Of a stretch of 64,000 bases of DNA, positions 11,333 through 25,645 are shown piece after piece. The notes under the pieces were generated by a model. That model saw only the letters and a list, made by a program, of their open reading frames with translations. It ran no database searches and was not told the origin of the DNA. The stretch spans positions 41,726,001 through 41,790,000 of the forward strand of contig OZ024756.1 in assembly GCA_964016885.1 (NCBI GenBank), in the 5' to 3' direction. The DNA comes from Eledone cirrhosa. Taxonomy: Eukaryota. The first letter of the stretch is position 1; each line of letters opens with the position of its first letter. Position numbers and translations under genes: made by a program.

Positions 11333-11708
11333 TGGTGGGGGAGTAGTGTGGTGGTAGTGGTGGTGGTAGTGGTGTTTATGTGGTGTGGGGGGGTTAATGT
11401 GGTGGGGGGTAGGGTGATGGGGGTGGCGGTGGGGAGTAGTGTGGGGTGGCGGCGGTGGGGAGTAGTGTGGTGGTAGTGGTGGTGGTAGTGGTGGTGGTGT
11501 TTATGTGGTGTGGGGGGGTTAATGTGGTGGGGGGTAGGGTGATGGGGGTGGTGGTGGGGAGTAGTGTGGGGGGTGGCGGCGGTGGGGAGTAGTGTGGTGG
11601 TGAGGGTGGTGGTGGTGTTTATGTGGTGTGGGGGGGTTAATGTGGTGGGGGGTAGGGTGATGGGGGTGGTGGTGGGGAGTAGTGTGGTGGTGAGGGTGGT
11701 GGTGGGGG
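11333..11708. repeat. G-rich imperfect tandem repeat (~120-bp higher-order unit)
   Basis: ggtgtttatgtggtgtgggggggttaatgtggtggggggtagggtgatgggggtgg occurs three times. Confidence 0.75.
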
Positions 11709-12121
11709 CCAGGGCAGGTGGGGGCGTTCTGATTCACGATTGGATGTATAAAGAAACAAAGGGACACGCGAGGAAATACACCGTTTGCCGGGATAGAGAG
11801 GGGGGGGGGGCATTGAAAGAGAGAGGAGGGAGAAAGCGAGAAAGGGGTATGTGTATATGAAGACACGCTTCTCTGTGTGAGTGTGTGTGTGAGTGTCCGA
11901 AAAGAGAGAGGGGGAGGGAGCAAAGAAAGAGAGAGAGTGAGGGTGAGGGGGGGGGGGGGGTAGAAGATAGGGAAATCTAGAGAAAGGAGAGAGATAAAGA
12001 AAAAAAATAAGAAAAAAATGGAGGGATGGAAAGAAGCATGGTCTCAGCCGGATGGCTGAAACAGGTAAAAAGAGTAAAAGAGTATATATAGTCACATGCA
12101 CAAACACACACATACACACAA

Positions 12122-12171
<50 letters not shown>

Positions 12172-12201
12172 ACATGCACAAACACACACACATACACACA
12201 A

Positions 12202-12240
<39 letters not shown>

Positions 12241-12574
12241 GTCACATGCACAAACACACACACTTGATATTTCTCACTTTCTCTTTCACTTGCCCTATTG
12301 TGTTTTGTATATATATATATATATTATATGTGTGTGAGCTTGTGTATGTGTGTGTAAACGGGTGTGTGTGTAAGTGTGTGTGTATGTGAGCTTGTGTGTG
12401 TGTGTGTGTGTGTGTGTCAGTGGTAAGAGACAAAAAAAAATGAAACAAAATTAAATATTATATAAATAAATAATTAATTAAATAAATAATTAAATAATTA
12501 AATAAAGGTGGGCAAGGTATCTCTTTTTTTATGTTAGTAAATATATTTAGAATAAGCCGAACAGCCATGTTGCA

Positions 12575-13703
12575 GTTGTGTAGTGGTGGTGTGTGGTGGT
12601 GTGGTGTGTTGTGTTGTGGTGTGGTGTGTTGTGTGGTGGTGTGGTGTGGTGGTGAGGTATGGTGGTGTGGTGTGTTGTGGTATGGTGGTGTGATGTGTTG
12701 TGGTGTTGTGTCGTGTTGTGTTGTGTTGTGTTGTGTGGTGGTGTGGTATGGTGGTGTGGTGTGTTGTGGTATGGTGGTGTGATGTGTTGTGATGTTGTGT
12801 TGTGTTGTGTTGTGTGGTGTGGTGTGGTGTGGTGTGGTGGTGTGGTATGGTGGTGTGATGTGTTGTGGTGTTGTGTTGTGTTGTGTTGTGTTGTGTGATG
12901 GTGGTGTGTGGTGTGGTGTGGTGTTGTTATGTGGTGTGGTGGTGTGGTGTTGTGTGATGTTGTGGTGTTGTATGGTGGTGTGGTGGTGGTGTTGTGTGGT
13001 GTGGTGTGGTGTTGTGTAGTGTGGTGTAGTGTTGTGTTGTGTGGTGTTGTGGTGTTGTATGGTGGTGTGGTGGTGTTGTAGTGTGGTGTAGTGTGGTGTG
13101 GTGGTGGTGTTGTGGTGTTGTGTGGTGTGGTGTAGTGTGGTGTAGTGTGGTGTTTTGTGGTGTTGTATGGTGGTGTGGTGGTGGTGTAGTGTGGTGTGGT
13201 GGTGGTGTTGTGGTGTTGTGTGGTATGCTGTAGTGTGGTGGTGGTGTAGTGTGGTGTAGTGTAGTGTGGTGTAGTATGGTGTGGAGTAGTGTGGTGTAGT
13301 GAGGTGTAGTGTGGTGGTGGTGTAGTGTGGTGGTGGTGTAGTGTGGTGTAGTGTAGTGTGGTGTAGTATGGTGTGGAGTAGTGTGGTGTAGTGAGGTGTA
13401 GTGTGGTGGTGGTGTAGTGTGGTGTAGTGTAGTGTGGTGTAGTATGGTGTGGAGTAGTGTGGTGTAGTGAGGTGTAGTGTGGTGGTGGTGTGTAGTGTGG
13501 TGGTGGTGTAGTGTGGTGTAGTATGGTGTGGAGTAGTGTGGTGTAGTGAGGTGTAGTGTGGTGGTGGTGTAGTGTGGTGTAGTGTAGTGTGGTGTAGTAT
13601 GGTGTGGAGTAGTGTGGTGTAGTGAGGTGTAGTGTGGTGGTGGTGTAGTGTGGTGGTGGTGTAGTGTGGTGTGGTGTGGTGTGGTGTGGTGTGGTGTGGT
13701 GTG
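12575..13703. repeat. (GTGTG/GTGTT/GTGTA)n compound pentanucleotide satellite
   Basis: Direct inspection; the His/Thr-rich ORF here is an artefact. Confidence 0.9.
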
Positions 13704-13841
13704 TTTTATTGAATATATATCGGTGGTGGTCGCGAGATGTCATTACGTCACTAGGTTGAAAGCTGGTGGCTCCCTCCTTCGTTCACTGCAACCTTCATAC
13801 ACACACATACACACACATATATAATACATACACACACACTA

Positions 13842-13872
<31 letters not shown>

Positions 13873-14159
13873 TGCTGTCTTGCTTTCTCTCTCGCCCTCT
13901 CTTTCCCTATTTCCTCTCACCTTCTCTCTCTCTCCCTCTTTCTCTCACTCTCTCCATCTCTTTCTCTCCCTCTCTGTCTCTCTCCCTCTAACACCCTCTC
14001 TCTAATAATCTATATCTGGCTATACAGGTCTGCCTGTCTGTCTGTCTGTCTCTCTATTTACCATAACTCTTCACCAACTCCACTCAACGTCTGTTCTGCA
14101 CTCCACCAGATCCACGGAAACAGCGTCAAACTCCGGTTTGTAATACCTACCTATCTACC

Positions 14160-14233
<74 letters not shown>

Positions 14234-14315
14234 TATATATTCTATTATATATATATATGTTCACCTATTACTCAGTCTATTGTTCATGTGCATGAGGGTC
14301 ACTAATTCTGTAGTA

Positions 14316-14394
<79 letters not shown>

Positions 14395-14837
14395 AATATA
14401 TATATATATATATACACGCATAAATATATATACACGCATAAATATATATATATACATACATACATACATATATATATATACAAATATATGTATGCATGTA
14501 TGTATGTATGTATGTATGTGTGTATAATATATATACCGTTTATATACTAACAGTAAATATAAAGTATAGGCGGCGAGGCGTCGTTTGATCTATACAGGTA
14601 GTGAGTTTGTGTGGCAATACTGACCTGTGAAACACAGTAGCTACTTCACCCTCATATCACCCTGCACTCTATTATACAAACATTAAGACAAGCGACTCAC
14701 ATAGTCAACTATATAATCCTAGGTATATTGTGTCTAAATATACGTCGTGATGGTCACGGATGGAACGTCTTTGATCAGAAATCACAGATACTCGGGGGCA
14801 AGACAAGAATTTCGTTGAAATCATAATTTACCGTGCC

Positions 14838-14900
<63 letters not shown>

Positions 14901-15029
14901 CACATCACCACTACCGCCACCACTACCACTACCACCACCACCACCACCGCTACCACCACCACCTTCATCTCCACCATTCCCCCTCCATCGTCATCAACAA
15001 CACCGGGAAACTACCGGGAAAGCCGCCTC

Positions 15030-15229
15030 NNNNNNNNNNNNNNNNNNNNNNNNNNNNNNNNNNNNNNNNNNNNNNNNNNNNNNNNNNNNNNNNNNNNNNN
15101 NNNNNNNNNNNNNNNNNNNNNNNNNNNNNNNNNNNNNNNNNNNNNNNNNNNNNNNNNNNNNNNNNNNNNNNNNNNNNNNNNNNNNNNNNNNNNNNNNNNN
15201 NNNNNNNNNNNNNNNNNNNNNNNNNNNNN
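15030..15229. other. Assembly gap (200 N)
   Basis: Run of n. Confidence 1.
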
Positions 15230-15995
15230 GGGCCTATTAATGACTCTACACTACTCTACATTTCACATCTAGCCAGGGCCTATTAATGACTCTACACTGC
15301 CTTACGTTTTACATCTGGTCTGGGCCTGTCACTGGCTCTACACTGCCCTACATTCACATCTGGCCTGGGCCTATTAATGACTCTACACTACTCTACATTT
15401 CACATCTAGCCAGGGCCTACGTTTTACATCTGGTCTGGGCCTGTCACTGGCTCTACACTGCTTTACGTTTTACATCTGGTCTGGGCCTGTCACTGGCTCT
15501 ACACTGCTCTACATTTCACATCTGGTCTGGGCCTGTCACTGGCTCTACACTGCTCTACATTTCACATCTGGTCTGGGCCTGTCACTGGCTCTACACTGCT
15601 CTACATTTCACATCTGGTCTGGGCCTGTCACTGGCTCTACACTGCTCTACATTTCACATCTGGTCTGGGCCTGTCACTGGCTCTACACTGCTCTACATTT
15701 CACATCTGGTCTGGGCCTGTCACTGGCTCTACACTGCTCTACATTTCACATCTGGTCTGGGCCTGTCACTGGCTCTACACTGCTCTACATTTCACATCTG
15801 GTCTGGGCCTGTCACTGGCTCTACACTGCTCTACATTTCACATCTGGTCTGGGCCTGTCACTGGCTCTACACTGCTCTACATTTCACATCTGGTCTGGGC
15901 CTGTCACTGGCTCTACACTGCTTTACGTTTTACATCTGGTCTGGGCCTGTCACTGGCTCTACACTGCTCTACATTTCACATCTGGTCTGGGCCTG
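15230..15995. repeat. 46-bp minisatellite (~16 units), cut by the gap
   Basis: Unit catctggtctgggcctgtcactggctctacactgctctacatttca; period measured 15519 to 15565. Confidence 0.92.
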
Positions 15996-16488
15996 CTACC
16001 GGCTTTGAATGAGCTCCCTCATACGAACACGATGTAAGATTTGTATTATCTAATTGTAAGTGAAGAGTAGGATGTGGTGGGATGGGGTATGGTACGGGTA
16101 GTGATCACGTTTTGTAGGTATTGTAAGAATTGTGTTAAGTACCGGTAGCTGCTGGTAGACCTCAGCAGTAATTCACAACTAAAAGTAAATATTATGGGAA
16201 GAGGAGGGTGAGGGTTAAGTGACAGGGGGTGAGGAATATATCTACCCTGGTCATATGGTACTGTTACATAATCTACAAAACAGTATATAATAATATACTG
16301 TAATATATTATAAAATGCCAAGGGACCGGTTATGTATGGGGACCCCTCACGAGAAACTCCATCGGGTCATGTACATATTATTTACGGTAACAAATTAACT
16401 TAATTTAGGGACCTTTTAAACGTTGAGGTGCCGCTGGCTATGAGCAAGTCTTTTTCCCACTTTAATCCATCAATGATGCTGAGAGGGG

Positions 16489-16542
<54 letters not shown>

Positions 16543-17202
16543 AGGATAACAAGATATCGTTATAGGTAATGCAAATGGAGGTTGTGAATACTTGTTATGG
16601 ATAGTTTTAGCGTACGGTAGACAACTCAGTGAAACAATTGTTAGACTGTAAATAAACCTCCTTCTTTCTACCGTTGACCATGTTATCCTCCATTTTTTTC
16701 AATATTATATATATATATATATAATATATATAATATATATATATATATTATATATATATATATATATATAATATATATTATATATATATAAAGACACGTG
16801 CTTTTTCTCACTCTTTATCTTTATATTTCATCTTTTATTTCTCATGTGTGTGTATATGTATATGTGTGTGTGTGTGTGTGTGTGTCGTGTGTGTGTCACG
16901 TGTGTGTGACGTGTGTCACGTGTGACAACATCTCTGCTCCACTTTCTGTTAAGAAGGCGAAACATTCCTGCATGCATTAGTACACTTTCAAAATGATATA
17001 CGTACGCACATTCACCTCCAACCCCTACCGCTAGCCCAGTCCCCTACTACGAAAAAAGGGAGATAGATCTGTTATTAGTGCGACTGTACTCTTCTAACGG
17101 GGTTCCTCACATTGATAAATATAGCTGCACAGAACTGGCAGTACATATATATTAGTATATATTGTAGATATGTATGTACGTATGTATAAATGTATGGTAC
17201 GA

Positions 17203-17371
17203 GGGGCCCAGCACTATGTGTCAGTAATTGTCACAGGTGTAGTGTTTGTACCAGAGTTTTCAAGTCGCTGGCTGGACTAAAAAGTCACACTCGTTCAGCG
17301 CATCGGTAGGGGTTCTCCTACATGGATATAAAGTAGTGGCCGTACTCGAAAACGAGTTGGCAGCCACCACC
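17203..17371 (+). mobile_element. 3' end of an RTE-like LINE encoding a C-terminal C2H2 zinc finger
   Basis: Translates to [25 protein letters not shown], followed by a short 3' UTR ending gttggcagccacca. Longer copies are at 26711-27030 and 57642-57990 (-). Confidence 0.75.
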
Positions 17372-17565
17372 ATGTATGTATGTATGTATGTATGTGTGTA
17401 TGTATGTATGTGTGTATGTATGTATGTATGTATGTATGTATGTATGTGTGTATGTATGTATGTATGTGTGAATGTATGTATGTGTGAATGTAAATATGTA
17501 TGTATGTGTGTATGTATGTATGTATGTGTGAATGTATGTATGTGTGAATGTAAATATGTATGTAT

Positions 17566-18954
17566 GTTTTCTCTTTCTCTTAATTTCGAGTATATTTTTT
17601 TGACCGGCCACCTTCCTGGTGGCAAGGTTGTAAAAGAAAAGAAATTGTCATCCCTTGAATCGCAAGAATGTTTTGCATATTTTGAAGGTGCCAGCTATCG
17701 CAGCCATTTGTAGACTATGAATTAGGGAGCTGCGCTTTTTGTCCGCAAATCCAAGTTCGGTCATACTTTGGTCCAAGCGGGTTGGTATATAACCCGTAGC
17801 ACCAATAATGATGGGTATGAAGCTAAAGGTGTATCTTGGATACTGGATTTGTAAACTCCTCATCAATGGTCCGTAGATGTCCTCCTTCTCCTGTATTTTT
17901 CTGACAACGTTTACATCAAGCGGGCAGCTGATCTCCACAACAGAACACGTTTTCAATGTGTGGTCCCAAACTACAATATCAGGCCGGTTGTGCTTTAATT
18001 TGGTGGCAGTTTTTATTTTCAGGTTCCACCAGTATTCCTTAGTGCCATCTGTCTCAATATATTCTTCCTCGTTTGTTGTTAATTTTGTTTTCCGAAGTGC
18101 GTTCCAGATAGTTCTAGCTATCCCATCGTGTCTCATGGGGAGGTAGTAGCGAGATGACATTCTTTCGCAGCTGGCAACAATGTGGCTTACATCCTCGATC
18201 TTTGTTTTACATAGCCTACATTTATTGTCAGCTGCTGGCCCTCCTCTTTTGTGCAGCAGATATTTGGTAGGGAGTTCTTGTTCCTGTATTGCATAGAGAT
18301 ATCCCTCAAGGTGTGATGTCATAAACTTGTCGGAACTCCATGCCAGGCTTTTTGAGTGGTTTATCCCCTCTCTGGTCTGTGTTTTACGCCTCAAGTATCC
18401 ATGCACAACTTTCTCTGTAAATTGGTCAATTTTTTTTTCTTGTTTGAACATTGAATAGGATCTTCCGATTTCTCTGGGTGAGAGATTTATATCAGGCTTT
18501 ATTCCATATCTCTCCTCCAGATCAGTCGCTATTCTAATGATATTTCTTTTTTCATGCTCATAAACCTGAGCAAGATGGTCGCCAACCTTTTTCCTCTGTT
18601 GAAGGTGTTGCTTCAGTGTTACTATCCGGGTCTCATATGTTGTTAATATTGATTTTAGACCCCGGCCACCTTCCTTGCGTGAGAAGTATAGCCTATCCAC
18701 ATCACCATTGATGTTAAAGTTCCCAGTAACACTGAGAAGTTTTCGAGTTCTAACATCCATCTCACTTAGTTCTTGCAATGACCAGTTCAGTAGGCCAAAT
18801 GTTGGCGTTAGAATTGGCACAGCATAGGTATTGTGGGCAATGTATTTGTTGTATGCTGACAGTTCTGATGACCATATTTTTTTTTTACTCTTCTGAGGTA
18901 TTCAGTTCTGGTTCTCTCCTTATTTATGGGTCCATCATATCTGACATTCTCATC
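17566..18954 (-). mobile_element. 5'-truncated R4/Dong-clade non-LTR retrotransposon (RT C-terminus, CCHC finger, restriction-like endonuclease) in (CATA)n
   Basis: ORF 17648-18820 has RLYFSRKEGGRGL, CRLC...EDVSHIVASC, RHD, KHNRPDIVVWD and EISCP...K...Y. There is a frameshift at the T run near 18880. Confidence 0.9.
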
Positions 18955-19015
18955 GTATGTATGTATGTATGTATGTATGTATGTATGTATGTATGTATGT
19001 ATGTATGTGTGTGTG

Positions 19016-19379
19016 TTTTCTCTTTCTCTTAATTTCGAGTATATTTTTTTGACCGGCCACCTTCCTGGTGGCAAGGTTGTAAAAGAAAAGAAATTGTCAT
19101 CCCTTGAATCGCAAGAATGTTTTGCATATTTTGAAGGTGCCAGCTATCGCAGCCATTTGTAGACTATGAATTAGGGAGCTGCGCTTTTTGTCCGCAAATC
19201 CAAGTTCGGTCATACTTTGGTCCAAGCGGGTTGGTATATAACCCGTAGCACCAATAATGATGGGTATGAAGCTAAAGGTGTATCTTGGATACTGGATTTG
19301 TAAGCTCCTCATCAATGGTCCGTAGATGTCCTCCTTCTCCTGTATTTTTCTGACAACGTTTACATCAAGTGGGCAGCTG
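19016..19379 (-). mobile_element. Second, shorter 3' copy of the same R4/Dong-like element
   Basis: Near-identical to 17566-17929, with the same 3' end. Confidence 0.9.
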
Positions 19380-19472
19380 TGTATGTATGTGTGTATGTAT
19401 GTATGTATGTATGTATGTATGTATGTGTGTATGTATGTATGTATGTGTGAATGTATGTATGTGTGAATGTAA

Positions 19473-19503
<31 letters not shown>

Positions 19504-19620
19504 TGTATGTATGTGTGTATGTATGTATGTGTGTATGTATGTATGTATGTATGTGTGTATGTATGTATGTATGTGTGAATGTATGTATGTGTGAATGTAA
19601 ATATGTATGTATGTATGTAT

Positions 19621-19705
19621 GACCTGTGCAAGACCATCATGCAATGCACTATTAAAAGTGTATGCAGGAGGGGTCGCCAACGCAAAAAACTGGATAACTG
19701 TTCAA
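19621..19705 (+). mobile_element. Decayed RTE ORF C-terminal fragment
   Basis: CKTIMQCTIKSVCRRGRQRKKLDN resembles the RTE motif KTILQGTVEGxRRRGRQRKRW. Confidence 0.5.
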
Positions 19706-20069
19706 GCAAAGATCTTTCAGACTCTCTTTGTCCCAGATAGGGTGATCATATTCTCCGAGAAAATTGCTTAACTCTGTTTATATCAAGACTAGAGTTAACA
19801 AGCTTTGTAAAGTACTTGTTAATCATCTCATTTTCAGCTATTATCTTTGATAGAAGCTCGACTAATAAGGATTAGCTCGGATCATTTTATATGTCACTGT
19901 TGAGATATGTTTCATTTCAATCCCTCGCTAATAAATATTGTTCCAGAAATCTACAATTTTTTGCCAAACACGTGAATACGTTCCAAATAATAACTTCCAA
20001 AGTGTTGTCTTCATTTGGACTCGTGGAATTTCAACATTATTTATATAAATCACATTATTTATATAAAGC

Positions 20070-20249
20070 GGTGGATTGGCAGTATCGGTAGAGGGTTGGA
20101 CGCCATGCTTTCCAGCATAGTTACATCACTTTACATTCTGAATTCAAATCCTGCCGAGGTTAACTTTGCCTTTCATCCTTACGGGGTCGATAAAATAAAG
20201 TACCAGTAATGTACTGAGTAATTGCTGGCCTTGTGCCAAAAGTAGAAAC
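20070..20249 (+). mobile_element. tRNA-derived SINE
   Basis: ggtggattggcagtatcggtagag...ttcaaatcctgccgagg...gcctttcatccttacggggtcgataaaat...gtagaaac. Confidence 0.8.
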
Positions 20250-20577
20250 AATAATTTATATAAATCACAGAATGACAATTAGAAACGTCCTATATCTTTC
20301 TTCTTTTTGTATCTCTTTCCTTTTTGTTAGTTATGGCGTTGAAAAAACACAATTTGATCAAGAAAACATCTTTTTTGTCCTGCATTTCTTTTGTGAGTTT
20401 TATTCTTTTTTTTTTGTTCGTGTCATTCAAGTTTATGTGCATCTTTAATAATAGCCTATGCCCGAAATAGGCTTATGCCCGAAACGTCGTCCCCCACCTA
20501 CCCCCCACTCTCCTGAGCGTGAATTTAATAAACATTTATTGTACTGCCTCTCTGTTCTGTCCCTGTTCAAATTTTTC

Positions 20578-20618
<41 letters not shown>

Positions 20619-20816
20619 AATGGGGTGTGAGTATATTCATACATACATACATATACGCGTTTGTACGGACACACATAGTTATGGCGCATGCGCATAATCA
20701 CCATTCAACTCAATCTGTCCTTTACTAAAAGCCAGAGCGTTTAGTGAGTATAATGTCGTTATTACACTACCATGGTGATATCACTAATGGCTTTTAATCC
20801 TATTATCATCAGATAA

Positions 20817-21056
20817 TCCATCATCACCATCGTCACCACCACCACCGCCATAATCACCACCATCACCACAACCCCCATCATAACCACCACCAGCACCATC
20901 ATCACCACCACCATTGCCATCATAACCATCACCATCGCAATCATCATCATCACCATGGCCATCATCATCATCACCATCATTATAACCATCACCATCACCA
21001 TCATAACCATCATCATCATCACCATCACCATCATAACCATCACCATCACCATCGTA
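20817..21056. repeat. (CAT/CAC)n trinucleotide tract
   Basis: Direct inspection. Confidence 0.9.
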
Positions 21057-21110
21057 GTCATATTGTTTCAGCACCAAACTTAACAACCAGCTATACACTG
21101 CTCACGTGGT

Positions 21111-21218
<108 letters not shown>

Positions 21219-21340
21219 CTCAAACTAGTTTTTTAAGTCGGGCTACTGATGAAACACGTGTAACGTAATAATCACATGTCAAACTCCATTCTCTCTCTCT
21301 ACCTCTCTCGCACACACACTCACTCTTAATGTTTCTCGGT

Positions 21341-21421
<81 letters not shown>

Positions 21422-21456
21422 TATATATATATACACACACACATATATATATATAT

Positions 21457-21587
<131 letters not shown>

Positions 21588-21600
21588 TATATATATATAT

Positions 21601-21680
<80 letters not shown>

Positions 21681-22169
21681 GTATATATATATATATAATT
21701 CGTAGTAATGTTTTTCATTGAAATAATTGAAGCCATATGTATAGTTTTGTTGTTGTATGTTTATATGTTTGTTTGTGGTGGTGATGATGGTTGTGGCGGT
21801 GGTGGTGTTTGTGGTGGTGATGATGGTTGTGGCGGTGATGATGGTTGTGGCGGTGGTGGTCGGTCCTTCATTTTCTCCTAAACACTGAAACACTGACAAT
21901 ACGGGCGTGTATCAACTTAATTTCATGCATTTCTTCTTCAACAACAACAAAAGAAACCTCTAGCTACCATTCTCTTGATAGAGAGTCAGGTTCTGCAATA
22001 TAAACTGCCGACAAAAAGTAGAAACAATTATTATCGTCGTCTGTTGCTAATGTTTCTCTTAATTCCGTGCAAAAATGTCAGTTTGAAGAATATGTTTGGT
22101 GTAGCGTTAGAAAACTTGTCTACGCCTTTATTCATTAACACTTTGAAGATTTTTTCGTCTTTGGTTTCA

Positions 22170-22251
<82 letters not shown>

Positions 22252-22254
22252 TGA

Positions 22255-24450
22255 AAAAGTGAAGAATACATGGTCAACAGTACAAAAAAGGGATTTATTT
22301 ACAGTCTAACAATTGTTTCACTGCTTAAGTTGTCTAAAAATTGCTGAACACTAGAAGCAGAGCCACTCAATTTCAAATACGTGTTAGCTTAATCAGATCA
22401 TCAGAGACAACTATCCGGTAAATTACAAATTCAAATTACAGCATCATTAATAATATTAATAATAAAGATAGAGAGAGAAAAAAAGAAAGAGAGATAGATG
22501 AAAAAAAGAAAGGAAAAGGAAAAAGAAAACAGAGAAAGATATAGAGAGAAAAAAAGACATAGAGAAAGGAGGATACAGGAGAAATAAAGGTAGAGAAAAA
22601 GAAAAATAGAGGGAAAATAATGATATCAACAATAAATGAATAAATGTAAATAAATAAATAAACAAGTTACATCGAGGATGATACAAAATAATACAAAATA
22701 TGAAAATAAATAAGTAAAAATGTGCGAAGAAATTTAAACATATTAAGATTATTGAGAGTGGTTAAAATATAGAGATACGAAGGTATAAACATGATAATGT
22801 TAAAAATATTTATGTGTATTGGTTATTTTAATAAATTAATTATATAATTAATTAATTATTTGATTAATTAAGTTATATTAGAAGTGAAAATAATATGATA
22901 AGATAAAATGCCAGAGATGAAATAAATTTAGGGAAATAGAAAGATAGAAAGTGAAAGATAGAGATATATAAAATATGAATGTAAAATATAAGAGGTTATG
23001 ATGTTGGTTCATTGATAGATGATGACAATTATAACAATAATAATGATGATGTGATATTATAATAGATCGAAGTGGTACAATTTGGGTTATGGAATAGATT
23101 AGATGAATTAAGCTGGTCTAAAGTTTTCAAATTTGGTCGCCGTTTTATGCCTACAGAAAATAGTTCTTTCAATTTTACTGTTAAGTAGCATTTTGTTGTA
23201 ATTTAAAATTTGGAAAAGCTCCATATTACAAAGACCACAGTGGGACATGCCAATTCGATAGGCCATTGCTGTTGATAACTTTGTCCAGCTGATTTATATT
23301 CCATGTTTGCATCTCTGAGTTGCCAGATTTTATTGGTGAGTGTTGTTGTATTTATGAGTTTCCTGTTATTCATAGGGTGTATATGGACATACCACCTTTT
23401 CTTAAACTCCCCAGCTGTGGAACCTATGTAGTGCCATGCTAAGCTGCCTGAATTTATAGTACATAGGTACACTATATTTGACTCCAGGCATCTATTTTGT
23501 AATGGGCATTTGTCAGGTAGATGATAGTTACATTTAGATGCCTTCCTATGTGCCGGTTCTTCGATATGCTTTTGCAAGTTATGTACGGGCTGAGAATTGG
23601 GTTTGTTGATGTATTGTGGTGATGGGCTCTGATGTGTGTTTGGTTGCGATGATGTTATATGCTTGTGTTTTGTATTTGGTGTTATGGTACTTATTTACGG
23701 GGTACTTGTATTATACATTCTCTTATAGTTAATTTTATGTATGTGCGATTCTATGTTGTTGGCAGTGGAGTATGATAGTTTGATAGTTTTTCTATTAAAG
23801 ATTTTATGATATTTATGAATTTTAAGGAAGTGTTTGTCAACTAATTTGAAGAAAGTGTAAGGTAGTTTTGTTTTTATAAAGGAGTTAAATATTGAACCAT
23901 AAGTACTTTCTATCTCTACATCTTCTATAGTTACTAGTGGTCTTTCTATTAGTATTCTGTTCAATTAATTCTCGTGGTTGTTGCCAATTTCTATGTTTAG
24001 TCCTAGATTTGCTGCTTCTATAGGTGTGGATAGAGTTATTTCTATTAAGTGTGTTGTTATTTTTTGTATCTGGTATGTATTTGAGCCTCTCTTTATGTCC
24101 TGCCTTAAGTAAAGCTATGTTGTAGTAGTTAGCGTGTTCGTCAAAAATCTCTAGTTTAGAAGATAGGCGTGATATTCTAAGGGATATACTATGTGCTATG
24201 GAGTTAATTATGGATTGAGGGTGATTAGAGTTATAATTAATGTAAGCTAAATTTTAATTATTTTTATGGAAGGGTTCTATTAGTCTAGTGTTTAGGTTAA
24301 ACGATACATCTAAGAAGTTAGCTTTTTTAGAGTTGAGTTCAAAAGTGTTGTTAAGGCCTAATTTATTAAAGAATTTTCTAATCTTTTTCCGTAATCTTTC
24401 TAAGTTTAGATTATTTAGGTTTTTAGCTAAAAGTAATGTATCGTCTCTAT
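22255..24450 (-). mobile_element. Decayed Penelope-like element (probably Naiad-type): RT fragment, GIY-YIG endonuclease and 3' region with a hammerhead
   Basis: YRDD...NFLDVSFNL (RT, ~24254-24450); LVDKHF...HKIFNRKTIKLSYS (23695-23964); C-N-[Y]-x5-CPLQNRCL...IVY...YIGST...FKKRW..H and a frameshifted CGLC (GIY-YIG, ~23150-23577). Stops and frameshifts are present. Confidence 0.85.
22304..22408 (-). ncRNA. Minimal type I hammerhead ribozyme in the 3' end of the Penelope-like element
   Basis: Minus strand: gtct-CTGATGA-tctgattaag...cttaagcagt-GAAA-c-aatt-g-TT-agac; long loop II and palindromic loop III. Confidence 0.75.
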
Positions 24451-24476
24451 AAATATATATATATATATATATATAC

Positions 24477-24576
<100 letters not shown>

Positions 24577-24577
24577 G

Positions 24578-24615
<38 letters not shown>

Positions 24616-24617
24616 AG

Positions 24618-24649
<32 letters not shown>

Positions 24650-24847
24650 TATACATATATACATATATACATATGTATATATATATATATATGTATATAT
24701 ATATACATATATATATATACATATATATATATATATGTATATATATATATTTATATATATATACATATATATGTATATATATATATTTATATATATATAT
24801 ATATATACATATATATTTATATATATATATATATATACATATATATT

Positions 24848-24885
<38 letters not shown>

Positions 24886-25102
24886 CATATATATACATAT
24901 ATATATTGGTAAACGGAATAGAAAATGCTGACAAATTGTTCACAGTTAAAAAATGGTTTAATTAGGAATAAAAGAGTATTAGTGATTGTATGGGTTAGTA
25001 TTCAGTTGTGGTTTTAAGTTTTTAAGTTTTTACCGGTTGCGCATTTCTAAATGCTTTTCAAAAATAATTTTGAGATAGAGTGTCCGTGTTGTTTGACATA
25101 TA

Positions 25103-25166
<64 letters not shown>

Positions 25167-25177
25167 CATATATATAC

Positions 25178-25224
<47 letters not shown>

Positions 25225-25305
25225 AATATATATATATACATATATATATATGTATATATATATATAAATATATATATATATACATATATACATATATATA
25301 TATAT

Positions 25306-25343
<38 letters not shown>

Positions 25344-25346
25344 TAC

Positions 25347-25377
<31 letters not shown>

Positions 25378-25586
25378 AATATATATATACATATATAGAT
25401 ATATATATGTGTGTGTCTGTGTATATATATATATATAGATAGGTATATATACGTACATATATATATATACATATTTATATATATATACGTACATATATAT
25501 ATATACATATTTATATATATATATATACGTACATATATATATATATACATATTTATATATATATATATACGTACATATATATATAC

Positions 25587-25645
<59 letters not shown>

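Noticed and set aside
13728-13750. Promoter-like TCGCGAGA and TTACGTCA motifs
   Set aside because: These are short motifs with no supported gene start nearby.
15230-15995. CRISPR-like appearance of the 46-, 38- and 35-bp arrays
   Set aside because: The units are contiguous with no unique spacers, there are no cas genes, and the context is eukaryotic.
23150-23577. Selenocysteine recoding in the Naiad-like endonuclease
   Set aside because: The readable Cys positions are TGT/TGC (one is TAT), not TGA, and the copy is decayed.
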